Assembly: GCA_037447605.1 (NCBI GenBank)
Contig: CM074810.1
Location: forward strand, 3,506,880 to 3,570,879
Origin: Zygnema circumcarinatum SAG 698-1b
Lineage: Eukaryota > Plantae > Zygnematophyceae
DNA: 64,000 bases
Reading direction: 5' to 3'
Shown: one piece after another, positions 43,756 to 55,561 of the stretch
Position numbering within the stretch: position 1 is the first letter of the stretch
Layout of the letters: every line of letters starts with the position of its first letter
Translations under genes and position numbers: made by a program
The notes under the pieces: model-generated
What the model was told of the DNA's origin: nothing
Seen by the model: only the letters and a program-made list of their open reading frames with translations
Database searches by the model: none

Positions 43756-46700
43756 CTACAGCTCATGAATCGTGGGACGCACAGCCTCAGGATGACAGGT
43801 GGCAGAATCTGAGCCGTCCATTCCTGCCTTCGCTTCATCCGTCCGATGTCTCCTCGCGAGGAGCTGCGCCGCTTCGCGCTTCTCCAGACCGCTTTTATTT
43901 TTTAGTTTTTTCGCCTTTTTATTACATTTTGGGGCCGGGAGGCCGTGGAGGGCAGAGAGGCGCCGCAGCGATTGGAGGCCCTCCAGAAGAGAGCGCTCCT
44001 CCAGGACCTCGGAGACGCTGACTGAGTCTCTCAGCCTGGAGGGAGGGAGAGGGAGGGAGGGTGGGATGGATGGAGGAGGGAGGAGGGAGGGAGGAGGGAG
44101 GGAGGAGGGAGGGAGGAGGGAGGAGGAGGGAGGCGGGAGGAGGGAGGAGGGAGGAGGGAGGAGGCAAGTGGAGGAGGGAGGGAGGAGGGAGGGAGGAGGG
44201 AGGGAGGGAGGAGGGAGGGGAGGGAGGGAGGGAGGGAGGGAGGAGGGAGGGAGGGAGGAGGGAGGGAGGGAGGGAGGGAGGAGGGAGGAGGGAGGAGGGA
44301 GGGGAGAGGAGGGAGGAGGAGGGAGGGAGGGTGGGAGGTGGAGGGAGGGAGGGAGGGAGGAGGGAGGGAGGGAGGGAGGGAGGGAGGGAGGGAGGGAGTG
44401 GAGGGAGGGAGGGGAGGGGTGTGGAGGGAGGGAGGGAGGGAGGGGAGGGAGGGAGGGAGGGAGGGGAGGGAGGAGGGAGGAGGAGGGAGGGAGGAGGAGG
44501 GAGGGAGGGAGGAGGGAGGGAGGGAGGAGGGAGAGGGAAAATGAGGGAGGTAGAGAGAGGTAGAATGAGGACGATAAGGGGGAAGTGGGAGGGAGATAGA
44601 GGGGGGAGAAAGAGGGAGAGAAGGGAATAGAGAGAGGAAAAGTGGGAGAGACAGGGAGAATTAGGGAGAGGGGGAAGGGGAGAGAGGGAGAGAGGGATTA
44701 GGGAAAGAGAGAGGGTAGGAGGGAGCGAGAGAATGCGGGAGGGAGGGAGTGATGTAGCGGAGGCGAAGAGAGGGAGAAGTAGGTAGACAGGAGGAGAGAG
44801 GGCTAGGAAGCGAAAGTGGGAGAGAGAGAGAGATGAGAAGAGAAAGAGAGAGAAATAGAGAGAGAGCGAGGTAGATGGGGAGAGAGAGAGACCTTGCCAG
44901 CCGTCTCTCCAACTCCCCCCTCCTCCTCTCCCATTTCGCCGCTGCTCTCCCTCTCTCTCCCGACAGCGCCTTTATTCCCGCAGCTTCCCTCACAACAGAC
45001 TTGGCCAGAAGCTTCCTGGAAACCGCATCTCCTCTTCCCACAATTAGGGTTCAGGGTTAGGATGTAGGGTTCAGAGTGGAAGGATGAAGGTTTAGGATTA
45101 CGGATCAGGGCTAGGGTTTAAAGTGTAAGTTTTAAGGCATAACGTTTTAAAGTTTCGGGTTTAGGGTTTATAGTTTAGGGTTGAGGGTTAACGGTCCCAT
45201 GTTTCAAGTTTAGGGTTTAGGGTTTAGGTAAAAAGAAATAACTCTGTTAAAAGGAATCTAAACATGACCAAGAAAGCACCCGAAAAATCCCCTAAGAAAC
45301 TCACGACCTAAACCCAAAAAAAAAAAAAAAAAAAAAAAACCCAAAAACCTCCACAAAAAGGGGCCCATGAATTCAATGCTTTAAAAAAGAAGGGTGTAGA
45401 TGGGGGGCATACATGCTATCAGTAGAGGACAAATCGGAGGTACTCCATCTCCCTGGCTGCAGCTTGAGAGAGGAAGGGCGAGAGGGAGGGAGAGAGGGAG
45501 AGAGAGAGGGAGGGAGAGAGGTAGAGAGAGAGGAACTCTCCTTCTTGTGTTCGAGCCCCCTCAGACTTCTCCTGGGACCCCTCCCTCTCCTCCGAACGTC
45601 CTCATTTTCTTCCTCTTTTTGCCCTTTCCCACCCTCTCCTTCACCTTCAACCACAGCTGCTCCTCGGCCTACCTCCCCCCTCACACCCACACCACTCCGC
45701 CTCCGCTCTCTCCTCTCATCTCTCGCAACTCCCTCTCCCTTCTCTTCTTCCACTCCTTCCTCCCTCATTTCCCCCTCTCCCTCCTCTCCACCTTCCCCCT
45801 GCCCCACTCCTCCCTCACCTTCCTCCCCCCCCTCTCCCTCCCTTTCCTCTTCCTCCTCTCTCGCTTCCCCCTCCTTGTCTCTCTCCTCCCTCCCCTTGTC
45901 CTCCTCCTCCCTCCCATTCTCCCCGTCCTCCCTCCCCTTCTCCCCCTCCTCCCTCTCCTCTCTCACCTTCGCCCTTTCCTTCTTTCTCTCCCTCTCCTTC
46001 TCCCCCTCCTCCCTCTCCCTCTCCCTCTCCCCCTCCCTCTCCCTCTCCCTCTCCCTCTCCCTCTCCACAACCACCCGCTTAGCCCTTGCGGCCGCCTCCC
46101 CCATGAGCTCCCTCGCGAGCAGGAAGACCCCTCCCTCCCTCTCCTCCCTCTCTTTGGAGCACAGTACGGAGGGAGGGAGGGGAGGGAGGAGTTGCTGGAC
46201 GAGACGTGACGTACGGCGCAGTCTCCATGTGGCCGCCGCAACGGAATCCGATTCACTGAGCATCTCTTTCCATGTGCTCTTCGGAGAGCGGAGGGGAGAG
46301 GAGGAGGCTCTCTCTCTCTCTGGGCTTTTTGGGATTGCCTCCACTGCCTGGGGTTGGTCGAGAGGAGGGAGGGAGGGAGGGAGGGAGGGAGGGAGGGAGG
46401 GAGGGAGGGAGGAAAGTGGAGGGAGAGAGGGGGGGAGGAGATGGAGGGAGGGAGGAAAGTGGAGGGCGAGAGGGGAGAGGGAGGGAGGAGAGGGGGAGGA
46501 GAGGGAGGGAGGAGAGAGGCAAGGAGTGAGGTAGGAAAGATGGCGAGGGAGAGGAGAGAGAGATGTGGAGAGGATTGCACAGGGTCAGACGACGAGGAGA
46601 GAGAGAGGGAAAGCGGAGGGAGAGAGGATTGTGAAGAGAGTGAGAGGAAAGGAGAGCAAAGATCAATGGAAATTTAGGGTTTAAGGATTTACCGTTAATA

Positions 46701-49700
46701 TCTCAGCCCTTACCTTTAAAGCAGCAAGCCACCGTTTCTCTGATTCCCTGTTTCAGGGAAGCAAAGTAACAAAAAATCGTCAGAAAACAAAATCCACATA
46801 AAAAAAAAAAATAGGAAGTGGAGAGAAAATTAAAAACTCGAAACACAAAACTGTGAAATTTTGAATTCTCCAAACCTCGATGTCAGACTCCCAAGGAAAA
46901 AAACAAAAAAAAAAAAAAAAATCCTTACAAAGGCGTCAAAATTTTCGCTCCGGGCAGCGCAGCCGCGTGCCAGGGGAGTAAGGGCTCCTCCATTTCCCGT
47001 TTTGCTGAAAAATTTTCATCGCTGCCCGGCGAAAAAACGACTTTTTGCTCGGACGTCTTTACTGAAGCAGCTTGAACTGCCGGTTCTGTTGTTTCAGGTA
47101 AAATTTCAGGAGAATTCAACAGAGCTTCCTTGTCCTTATTCGTCAAAAATGTGCTCGTTTCATCTGTACATAAAGGGGCAGGACTTGACTTGAATTGACC
47201 TTTACTCAAAGGGTTAACTTTGAAAAAATTTCTCTCCAATCCAACGGTGGGAGGAGGGGTCTGGAACAAAGACTCGTTTGACGGAATCGCCGTTCTATGT
47301 AACGGACTGCTGTTTCCGTTCTGCGTCCAGTTCTGGGTAACGGAATTCAGTTCCTGTTCTGCCGAACCCCCTCCGCTGTCTACATGCGTTACCTGTTCAG
47401 TTNNNNNNNNNNTCAATGCTTTAAAAAAGAAGGGTGTAGATGGGGGGCATACATGCTATCAGTAGAGGACAAATCGGAGGTACTCCATCTCCCTGGCTGC
47501 AGCTTGAGAGAGGAAGGGCGAGAGGGAGGGAGAGAGGGAGAGAGAGAGGGAGGGAGAGAGGTAGAGAGAGAGGAACTCTCCTTCTTGTGTTCGAGCCCCC
47601 TCAGACTTCTCCTGGGACCCCTCCCTCTCCTCCGAACGTCCTCATTTTCTTCCTCTTTTTGCCCTTTCCCACCCTCTCCTTCACCTTCAACCACAGCTGC
47701 TCCTCGGCCTACCTCCCCCCTCACACCCACACCACTCCGCCTCCGCTCTCTCCTCTCATCTCTCGCAACTCCCTCTCCCTTCTCTTCTTCCACTCCTTCC
47801 TCCCTCATTTCCCCCTCTCCCTCCTCTCCACCTTCCCCCTGCCCCACTCCTCCCTCACCTTCCTCCCCCCCCTCTCCCTCCCTTTCCTCTTCCTCCTCTC
47901 TCGCTTCCCCCTCCTTGTCTCTCTCCTCCCTCCCCTTGTCCTCCTCCTCCCTCCCATTCTCCCCGTCCTCCCTCCCCTTCTCCCCCTCCTCCCTCTCCTC
48001 TCTCACCTTCGCCCTTTCCTTCTTTCTCTCCCTCTCCTTCTCCCCCTCCTCCCTCTCCCTCTCCCTCTCCCCCTCCCTCTCCCTCTCCCTCTCCCTCTCC
48101 CTCTCCACAACCACCCGCTTAGCCCTTGCGGCCGCCTCCCCCATGAGCTCCCTCGCGAGCAGGAAGACCCCTCCCTCCCTCTCCTCCCTCTCTTTGGAGC
48201 ACAGTACGGAGGGAGGGAGGGGAGGGAGGAGTTGCTGGACGAGACGTGACGTACGGCGCAGTCTCCATGTGGCCGCCGCAACGGAATCCGATTCACTGAG
48301 CATCTCTTTCCATGTGCTCTTCGGAGAGCGGAGGGGAGAGGAGGAGGCTCTCTCTCTCTCTGGGCTTTTTGGGATTGCCTCCACTGCCTGGGGTTGGTCG
48401 AGAGGAGGGAGGGAGGGAGGGAGGGAGGGAGGGAGGGAGGGAGGGAGGGAGGAAAGTGGAGGGAGAGAGGGGGGGAGGAGATGGAGGGAGGGAGGAAAGT
48501 GGAGGGCGAGAGGGGAGAGGGAGGGAGGAGAGGGGGAGGAGAGGGAGGGAGGAGAGAGGCAAGGAGTGAGGTAGGAAAGATGGCGAGGGAGAGGAGAGAG
48601 AGATGTGGAGAGGATTGCACAGGGTCAGACGACGAGGAGAGAGAGAGGGAAAGCGGAGGGAGAGAGGATTGTGAAGAGAGTGAGAGGAAAGGAGAGCAAA
48701 GATCAATGGAAATTTAGGGTTTAAGGATTTACCGTTAATATCTCAGCCCTTACCTTTAAAGCAGCAAGCCACCGTTTCTCTGATTCCCTGTTTCAGGGAA
48801 GCAAAGTAACAAAAAATCGTCAGAAAACAAAATCCACATAAAAAAAAAAAATAGGAAGTGGAGAGAAAATTAAAAACTCGAAACACAAAACTGTGAAATT
48901 TTGAATTCTCCAAACCTCGATGTCAGACTCCCAAGGAAAAAAACAAAAAAAAAAAAAAAAATCCTTACAAAGGCGTCAAAATTTTCGCTCCGGGCAGCGC
49001 AGCCGCGTGCCAGGGGAGTAAGGGCTCCTCCATTTCCCGTTTTGCTGAAAAATTTTCATCGCTGCCCGGCGAAAAAACGACTTTTTGCTCGGACGTCTTT
49101 ACTGAAGCAGCTTGAACTGCCGGTTCTGTTGTTTCAGGTAAAATTTCAGGAGAATTCAACAGAGCTTCCTTGTCCTTATTCGTCAAAAATGTGCTCGTTT
49201 CATCTGTACATAAAGGGGCAGGACTTGACTTGAATTGACCTTTACTCAAAGGGTTAACTTTGAAAAAATTTCTCTCCAATCCAACGGTGGGAGGAGGGGT
49301 CTGGAACAAAGACTCGTTTGACGGAATCGCCGTTCTATGTAACGGACTGCTGTTTCCGTTCTGCGTCCAGTTCTGGGTAACGGAATTCAGTTCCTGTTCT
49401 GCCGAACCCCCTCCGCTGTCTACATGCGTTACCTGTTCAGTTATCTCCAACAAACTTTCAACTTTCGGAGATGCATGATGAACTGAAGGGTTTCCGAACC
49501 TGCCCGTTCCATGTGACAGAAATTCCGTATTCCCAAACAGATTTTTCACTCCGTTGCCCCTTACTGAAAGGCTAACATTAGCGTTGTCAATACCGTTCTG
49601 TGTCCCCTGACTTTTGTCGTTTTCTGGAAGTAAACATTCTTGAAAAGCGGAGTTCCCTTTTTGAACATTGACTGAATGATGATGATGCTCTCCAGGACCT

Positions 49701-52700
49701 TGTCTCGGCGTTCCATGTCCATGGTTTCCGTCCGCAGTTCCGTTGACTTTTGGACTATTCGCGGCCGTTCCCTCTTGCTTTTGCGGAGTCCACCTGTTGC
49801 TATGCATTCCAAAACCACCATTTCTATGTCCGAAATTTTGCAAATTCGCCGTTTTCTCAGTGTTTGACGGAGTCCTCGAATTCTGGGTGGTTCCCAATGA
49901 GTGCATGGGTGACGTCAGCGATTTTGTATCTCCTGGTGATGTCAGCAACCTCAAACCAGTCCCTGCTGACGTCAGCACCCTTGAATCTCCATTAGACGAC
50001 GTCAGCAACCTGGAATCTGCTCCGGATGACGTCAGCAATCTCGGATCTGCTCCATATGACGTCAGCCGACTCGTCTGCCCTGGGGTTGAAGACATCCTTC
50101 CAACCCCAGATGACGTCAGCAACCCCGGATCTGTTCCAGATGCCGTCATCATACTCGTCTGCCCTGGAGTTGAAGGCATCCTCCCAACCCCAGGTGACGT
50201 CAGCAATCTTGTCTCTTCTCTCCCTAGCTGCCTAGCAAGCTCTTTCGCAGACCTTGCAATGCCGAACAAATTCTGACCGGCGGTTAGGGCTAAGCTTGGT
50301 CCCTTAGCTTCCAAAACCTCTCTCTCCTTCACCCTCTCTTCCTCCCTCTTCTTAGCCGAACCTCCTCTCCCTCTCTGCCCCGCTCTCCCTCTCTCTCTCT
50401 CCCTCTCTCTCTCCCTCTCCTTCTCCTCTTTCTTCAACCTCGCCTCTTCCTTTTTCTTCGTTTTTTCCTCCTCCTTTCTCGCTCTCTCCTCCTCTCTCTT
50501 CCTCGCTTTCTCTCCCTCCATCCTCCTCTTCTCCTCCTTCCGTTTCACCTCTGCTTCCATTTTCACTCTTTTCGCTTCTTCCTTGGAAACTTTCGCTACC
50601 TCACTCGTCTCCTTTCCTGGAAGCTTCCACTGACCAGCAAACTCTGATTGGCCCCCACCTCCCAACCTTAAATTGTCATTCCCCAAATAAGTATAACTAT
50701 TTTCATTCATAGCCCCCAAACTGAAATTGCCTCCTGAGAAAAATGGAGACCCCCCATTTCCTTCGCTTTTAGGGGGTATTATCGGAACAGAAGAAGCTGC
50801 ATGTGGAATATTTACATGTCCTGGAAGCATCAAGTTACCTCCCCCTCCCACTCCCACACCCACTTCCACTCCCACTCCTCCTACCCCTCTCCCACTCTGA
50901 CGAGAAGCAAACGGTTGTAGCTCATGGACTTTCTCGGAAGTTTCCTCTGCTTTCCCTGCCCTCATAAACCCCTTCTTTACTGGACCGAACCCCCCTCTCC
51001 CATCCTCCTCCTCCTCCTCCTCCCTCCCTCTTTTCTTGCTCCCTCGCTTCAGTTTTTCACTCCCTCCTGGAGAAACAAACCCAGAGTTTGGCCTTATTTC
51101 ATTAGATTTTACATCCATACCCCACCCCGTTTGACCCCCTCTTTCAAACCCTAATTCTGCACCTGCTTTTCCTTCAGAATTGCTTTGAATTTCACTACGA
51201 GCCTGCATGTCCATATTGAAGTATCCCTTTCCCCAACTCTGCACCCCTCTCCCACTCTCTCCCACACCCTCCCTCTCCCCCTCTCTCTCCCTCTCTTCTC
51301 CCCCCCCTCTCCCACCCCCAGAATTCCCCCATATCGCTTGCAACTCCTGCATTTTCCCTCCTTCATGAAACCCATTCCATCCTGAAGTCTTCTGCCCCGT
51401 TCCATGCTGCGAATCCGTTAAATTGTGGGCCATAGCCGCCGCCATCTCCTTCCGTTGAACGGAATCCTGACTGAAATTCTGAACTGAATTGAGAGCAGAA
51501 TTTGAAACGGGTTGCGGATTATTGAAGGGAGAAGTTCCCACATTTCCTGAATTCTGCTTATGTGGGTCGGTGAAAGGTGATCTGCCCATTTGTTCGCCTC
51601 TGCATTCACAGAAAGGTGGGGGAGAGCAAGAGAGAGAGGGGGGAGACGGAGAGGGGGAGGGAGAGGGAAAAAGGGAGGAATTTTCGCAGGGGAGAGGGGA
51701 CGGAATGAGACAAAAAAGGAGGAAGAGGTAGAAAGGGGAGAATAAATCGCGAGAGTGCGTTCAGCAAGGGAAGAGTGTGGGAGAGCGAACAGGAGAGGGA
51801 GAGAGAGAGAGAGGGGGGTTACGTTTCCTTTTGTGATCAGAACTACGTAGCGACTTCTATTAATCATCAAGTTGCGATTTGATGAAGGACCTTAGCGACC
51901 GTAGAACACGCGTTCAAAATTAAACTGGAACTGAACTGGAACAGATCTTAAACTGCATAGAACGGCTTCACAAGGAACGTACCCGAGTGTCCTCCCCCCA
52001 ACCGGCCGTTGAGGAGGAGGGGAAAAGTTGCTGTCAGAAGGGGCCCTTGCAACCTGCAAAGGTTTGGACAATTCGAACGTAAGCAGCTGCAACACAGCAT
52101 GGAATGGGCGCCATAGAGGGTANNNNNNNNNNGGGGGGAAAAGGGAGAAGGGAAGGGGGAGGGGAGAAAAGGGAGAAAGGAGGGGGGAGGGGGGAGGGGG
52201 GAGGGGCGAGGGAGATCGACAGGGGAGGGATAGAGAGTGAACGAGAGGATGGAGAAACAACGGGCGTTAGAAACGTCGCGTAAATAGACAATTGAGCAAA
52301 GACAATGTACCTGCCCAGCCTGGTCTTGCCAAGGCGATGCCTTAAGTATTCCTGTCTCGGCCTGCTCGCTTGGTCTACTCTCACTGCCGGAAGCTTCCTT
52401 CAGCCTTTGATTCCACATGTTAACCATTTCGTCCAAAGAGATATCAACTCTCCTCAACTGCTCTCCCTCTCTCCCTCCCTCGTGGTTTACACTTTGAGTG
52501 GAAATATTTTGGGCCAATGAGTCTCGAAGGGTCAGATTGAGAGCTTGGGACCACGTGGCACTGTTACCTCCCTCTCTTTCAACCCCCATTTCCTGGTAGA
52601 TCGAATTTCTGTCAGTTGAATGAGGTAATGGCGATTGAAAATTAAACCCTGCTTCTACTCCCCCCCCTCCTCCTCCTCCTCCTCCTGTTCCTCCTCCTCC

Positions 52701-54728
52701 TCCTCCTCCTCCTCCTCCTGCTTCTCCTCCTCCTCCTCTTATTACTTTTACTCTTTGTCGTGCTCCTCCTACACTTCCTCTTCCTCCTCCTTTTCCCCCT
52801 CCTCTTCCTCCACCTCCTTCTCTTCCTCCTCCTCCACTCCCTCCTCTTCCTCCTCCTCCCTCGACCCTTTCCCCCCCTCCTCCCACTCCTCCCCCATCTC
52901 CAATAGACCCATTAGCACTACTCGGGAAGTATCCAAGCTGTTTCGAATTCGGAGAAACATTCAAAGTAGGGTGAAAAACTTGAGTGTTTGGTTTTTTGTT
53001 CTCAACCGGCTGTGAGAATGAAGCATTGTTTGTCTCAGTAAAGGCTGACTTGGGCTCTCCGTACATCCAATCCAAGGCTTGGCTTGCCTGAGAATAAGTG
53101 CTTTGCTGATTTTCTGAAACCATAGAGGGGAGGAAAACGTTTTGGAGCTGTTCCATGCCCACTTGTTCCGTAGCAGCGTACGGCCGGAAGGCAACGGAGG
53201 GCAGCTCCATGTACGAGTTTTGGGCAAAAAATCGCTGAAACTGCTCCCCTTCTGAATTCATAATTTTAGGGTTTTGGTTTTGCTCCTGCTGCTGTTGGTA
53301 AAGAAAATTTTCTTGAGATGTATGTGATTTTAAGGCTTCTAGGGTTGTTAAAGGCTTTAGATTTTCTCCGCTTAAACCAAAGGATAAAAACTGCTGCTGC
53401 TGATGTTGCCAGGAGTGTTCTATGGGAGGAGGTCCAGGACCTCTTGGAAGATTCCCTGCATCCGTTCCGTTTCCTCCGTTGTATTGCACGGTTCCATGTG
53501 TTTGATTGTTAAGCCCCTGTCCTGGATACACCCCTCCTTGCATCCCTTGTAAAAACCCTTCATTCTCTCCTCCTCCTCCCCCTCCCCCTCCCCCTCCCCC
53601 TCCTCCTTCCCCTNNNNNNNNNNTCCTCCTTCTCCTCCTCCTCTTATCCCCTCTCCCGCAGCTGAGAAAAGGTTCATATACTGCCCAGATGTCCCCTGCC
53701 GCTGAGCCTCACTACCGTATAAAAACGGGTTGCCTTTATTCAGAAATTCCGAATCCTTTCCTCCCCCTCCGTACCCGACTTTCAAGGAATCCAACCCTAT
53801 CATGTTCCCTGGCCCCCCCAGTTCCCCGTTCCGTCCAGTCTGACTGAACGGAAACTGAAACAGCGACTCTGACTGTGTTTCTGTGAAGGAGGAGTTTGCG
53901 TTTTGTGGCAGCCATGGCTGATTGGCTCCATCCAAATCCATGGCTGCTCCTTCATTCAGCCCTCCTCCTTGGGAGCCCCTCAGCCTCTCAAAATGCGACA
54001 CCTGTCCATCGTCTGCCATCCTCCTCCCGATCTGAGAAGCCATTGGTGCTGACGTCATCCCCGGTGTCATCAAACCTGCTGACGTCATGTGGTATTGCTG
54101 CTGCTGCTGCTGTTCCTGAGGGATGACAGATACTTCGGAAGTGTGAAATCTGTGGGAGGGGTCTGGGACAGCCTGAAAATGATTGAACTAAAGAAAAAAA
54201 AAAAAAAAAAAGGGGAAGGGAGGGAGGGAGGGATGAAAAATATGGAAAAAAAAAACTGTGAGGGGTTGGTGCATCACTATGGAGATGGCATCGATACATC
54301 ATTGTGAACATTGCTACATCACTACACAAGCATGAAGGTCTGCCTTGGCACTTGAAGGTACCTCTCCCTCTCATCCCTCTCCCTCACACACCTTTCTCTC
54401 CTACAGACTAGCTTCGTTGCCCCTCTCATTTGCCTCACTCTCTTGTCTCTCTCTTTCCCCCCTCATCCTCCCTGTCAACCTTTCATTCTCGTGCTCGCAA
54501 TGTTGCTTGACTGATCATGACTTCAGCAGTTCAAACGACATAGACAACATGGATTTGCGATGTGCCTTGAGAGCTACTTAGGGTGCCTTGGTCGGAAGTT
54601 ACCAGGAAACTGCCACTTGATGGAGCACCAAGGAGGCTGTCACGCTGAGAGGAGGGGAGAAAAAATTCAGACTGCATTCCTCGGATTTGATTGGTTTGGT
54701 TGCTGCAGGAGAACAGAAGTTCCAACAT
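43756..54728 (-). CDS. Large low-complexity nuclear-type protein with a conserved C-terminal block resembling the plant 'dentin sialophosphoprotein-like' At5g07940/70/80 family
   Basis: Exons ~54728-54603, 54172-52311 (contains a 10-N gap), 52053-51983, 51599-48969, 48787-48754, 48387-~47453, ~45033-44893, 44035-43756. Blocks ESEKRWLAALK, WRLRRTSRLVQQLLPPLPPSVL, FLLARELMGEA and ELERRLARL...LEGLQSLRRLSALHG resemble the recalled family C-terminus. Start and the ~47450/45030 junction are uncertain. Confidence 0.7.
45045..45230 (+). repeat. Degenerate TTTAGGG-like tract in an intron
   Basis: TTAGGGTT/TTTAGGG units interspersed with variants. Confidence 0.7.
45373..49442. repeat. Exact 2030-bp tandem duplicate separated by 10 N (probable unmerged contig overlap)
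   Basis: 45373-47402 reappears at 47413-49442 with identical ORF translations. Confidence 0.9.
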
Positions 54729-55431
54729 TTACGGCTGCTTTTGAGCTTTTCAGGATTTCGAGCAAAGCTATTGCTGCCAAAATGAGGAGCTGGGAATTGC
54801 AGCAGACGATTTATGTTTAAGGGGTAAGTTTGTTTTAAGGGTTTTTAGGGTTTTTAGGGTTTTTGTTGGCTTATGTTGACGTGTTCAAAGTTAAGATAGA
54901 ACATCATGACAAAGCTAGAACATGTTCATACAGGTTAGTTCATTATTTGACTATATTGGTTCACTAGTTGACTTTCACCCTTTCTCGGTGATCCTTTTGT
55001 TCACTCATAACTTCACCAACAGCAATTCAGACCCGCGCTGTTTTTGTTCATCGGTTTCGGCTTTCACTTTCATTTCAGTTTTAGTTCCACTTTCAGTTCA
55101 TTAACTTTCAGTTTCAGCCACAGTTCCAGTTTTACAATTTAAGTTTATTGGCTTTCAGATGCACTTCCGATTTCTGTTCCGCTTCTAGTTTCGGTTAAAC
55201 ATCTCTCTATTTATTCCTCGATTCTCATATCCAGTTTCAGTTTCAGTTCCAATACATTGACATTCCGTCTCTGTTTCCGTCAGACTTCCTTAACTTCCAG
55301 TTACTATTTCAGGATCTGTTTCAATTCCAGTTTCAGCTCAATACCTTTTGGTTTCAGTTCAACGATTCCCAATCTCAGCTTCAGCTTCCGTTTCAGTCAC
55401 AGTTTCAGTTCCGTTCAAACTGCAAACATAC

Positions 55432-55524
55432 CTTTGCAGCTGCCCACCCTCCATGGCGCAGCTTCCTCCTCCCATGAGCTCCAACGGAAGAAAAGAATTC
55501 TCTGCGCCATGGCTCCAGCAGATT

Positions 55525-55561
<37 letters not shown>

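Noticed and set aside
45373-49442. Exact 2030-bp tandem duplication of internal exons of the large gene
   Set aside because: Identical even through unstable G/A tracts, joined by a 10-N gap, and it would disrupt the ORF: the signature of an unmerged contig overlap.
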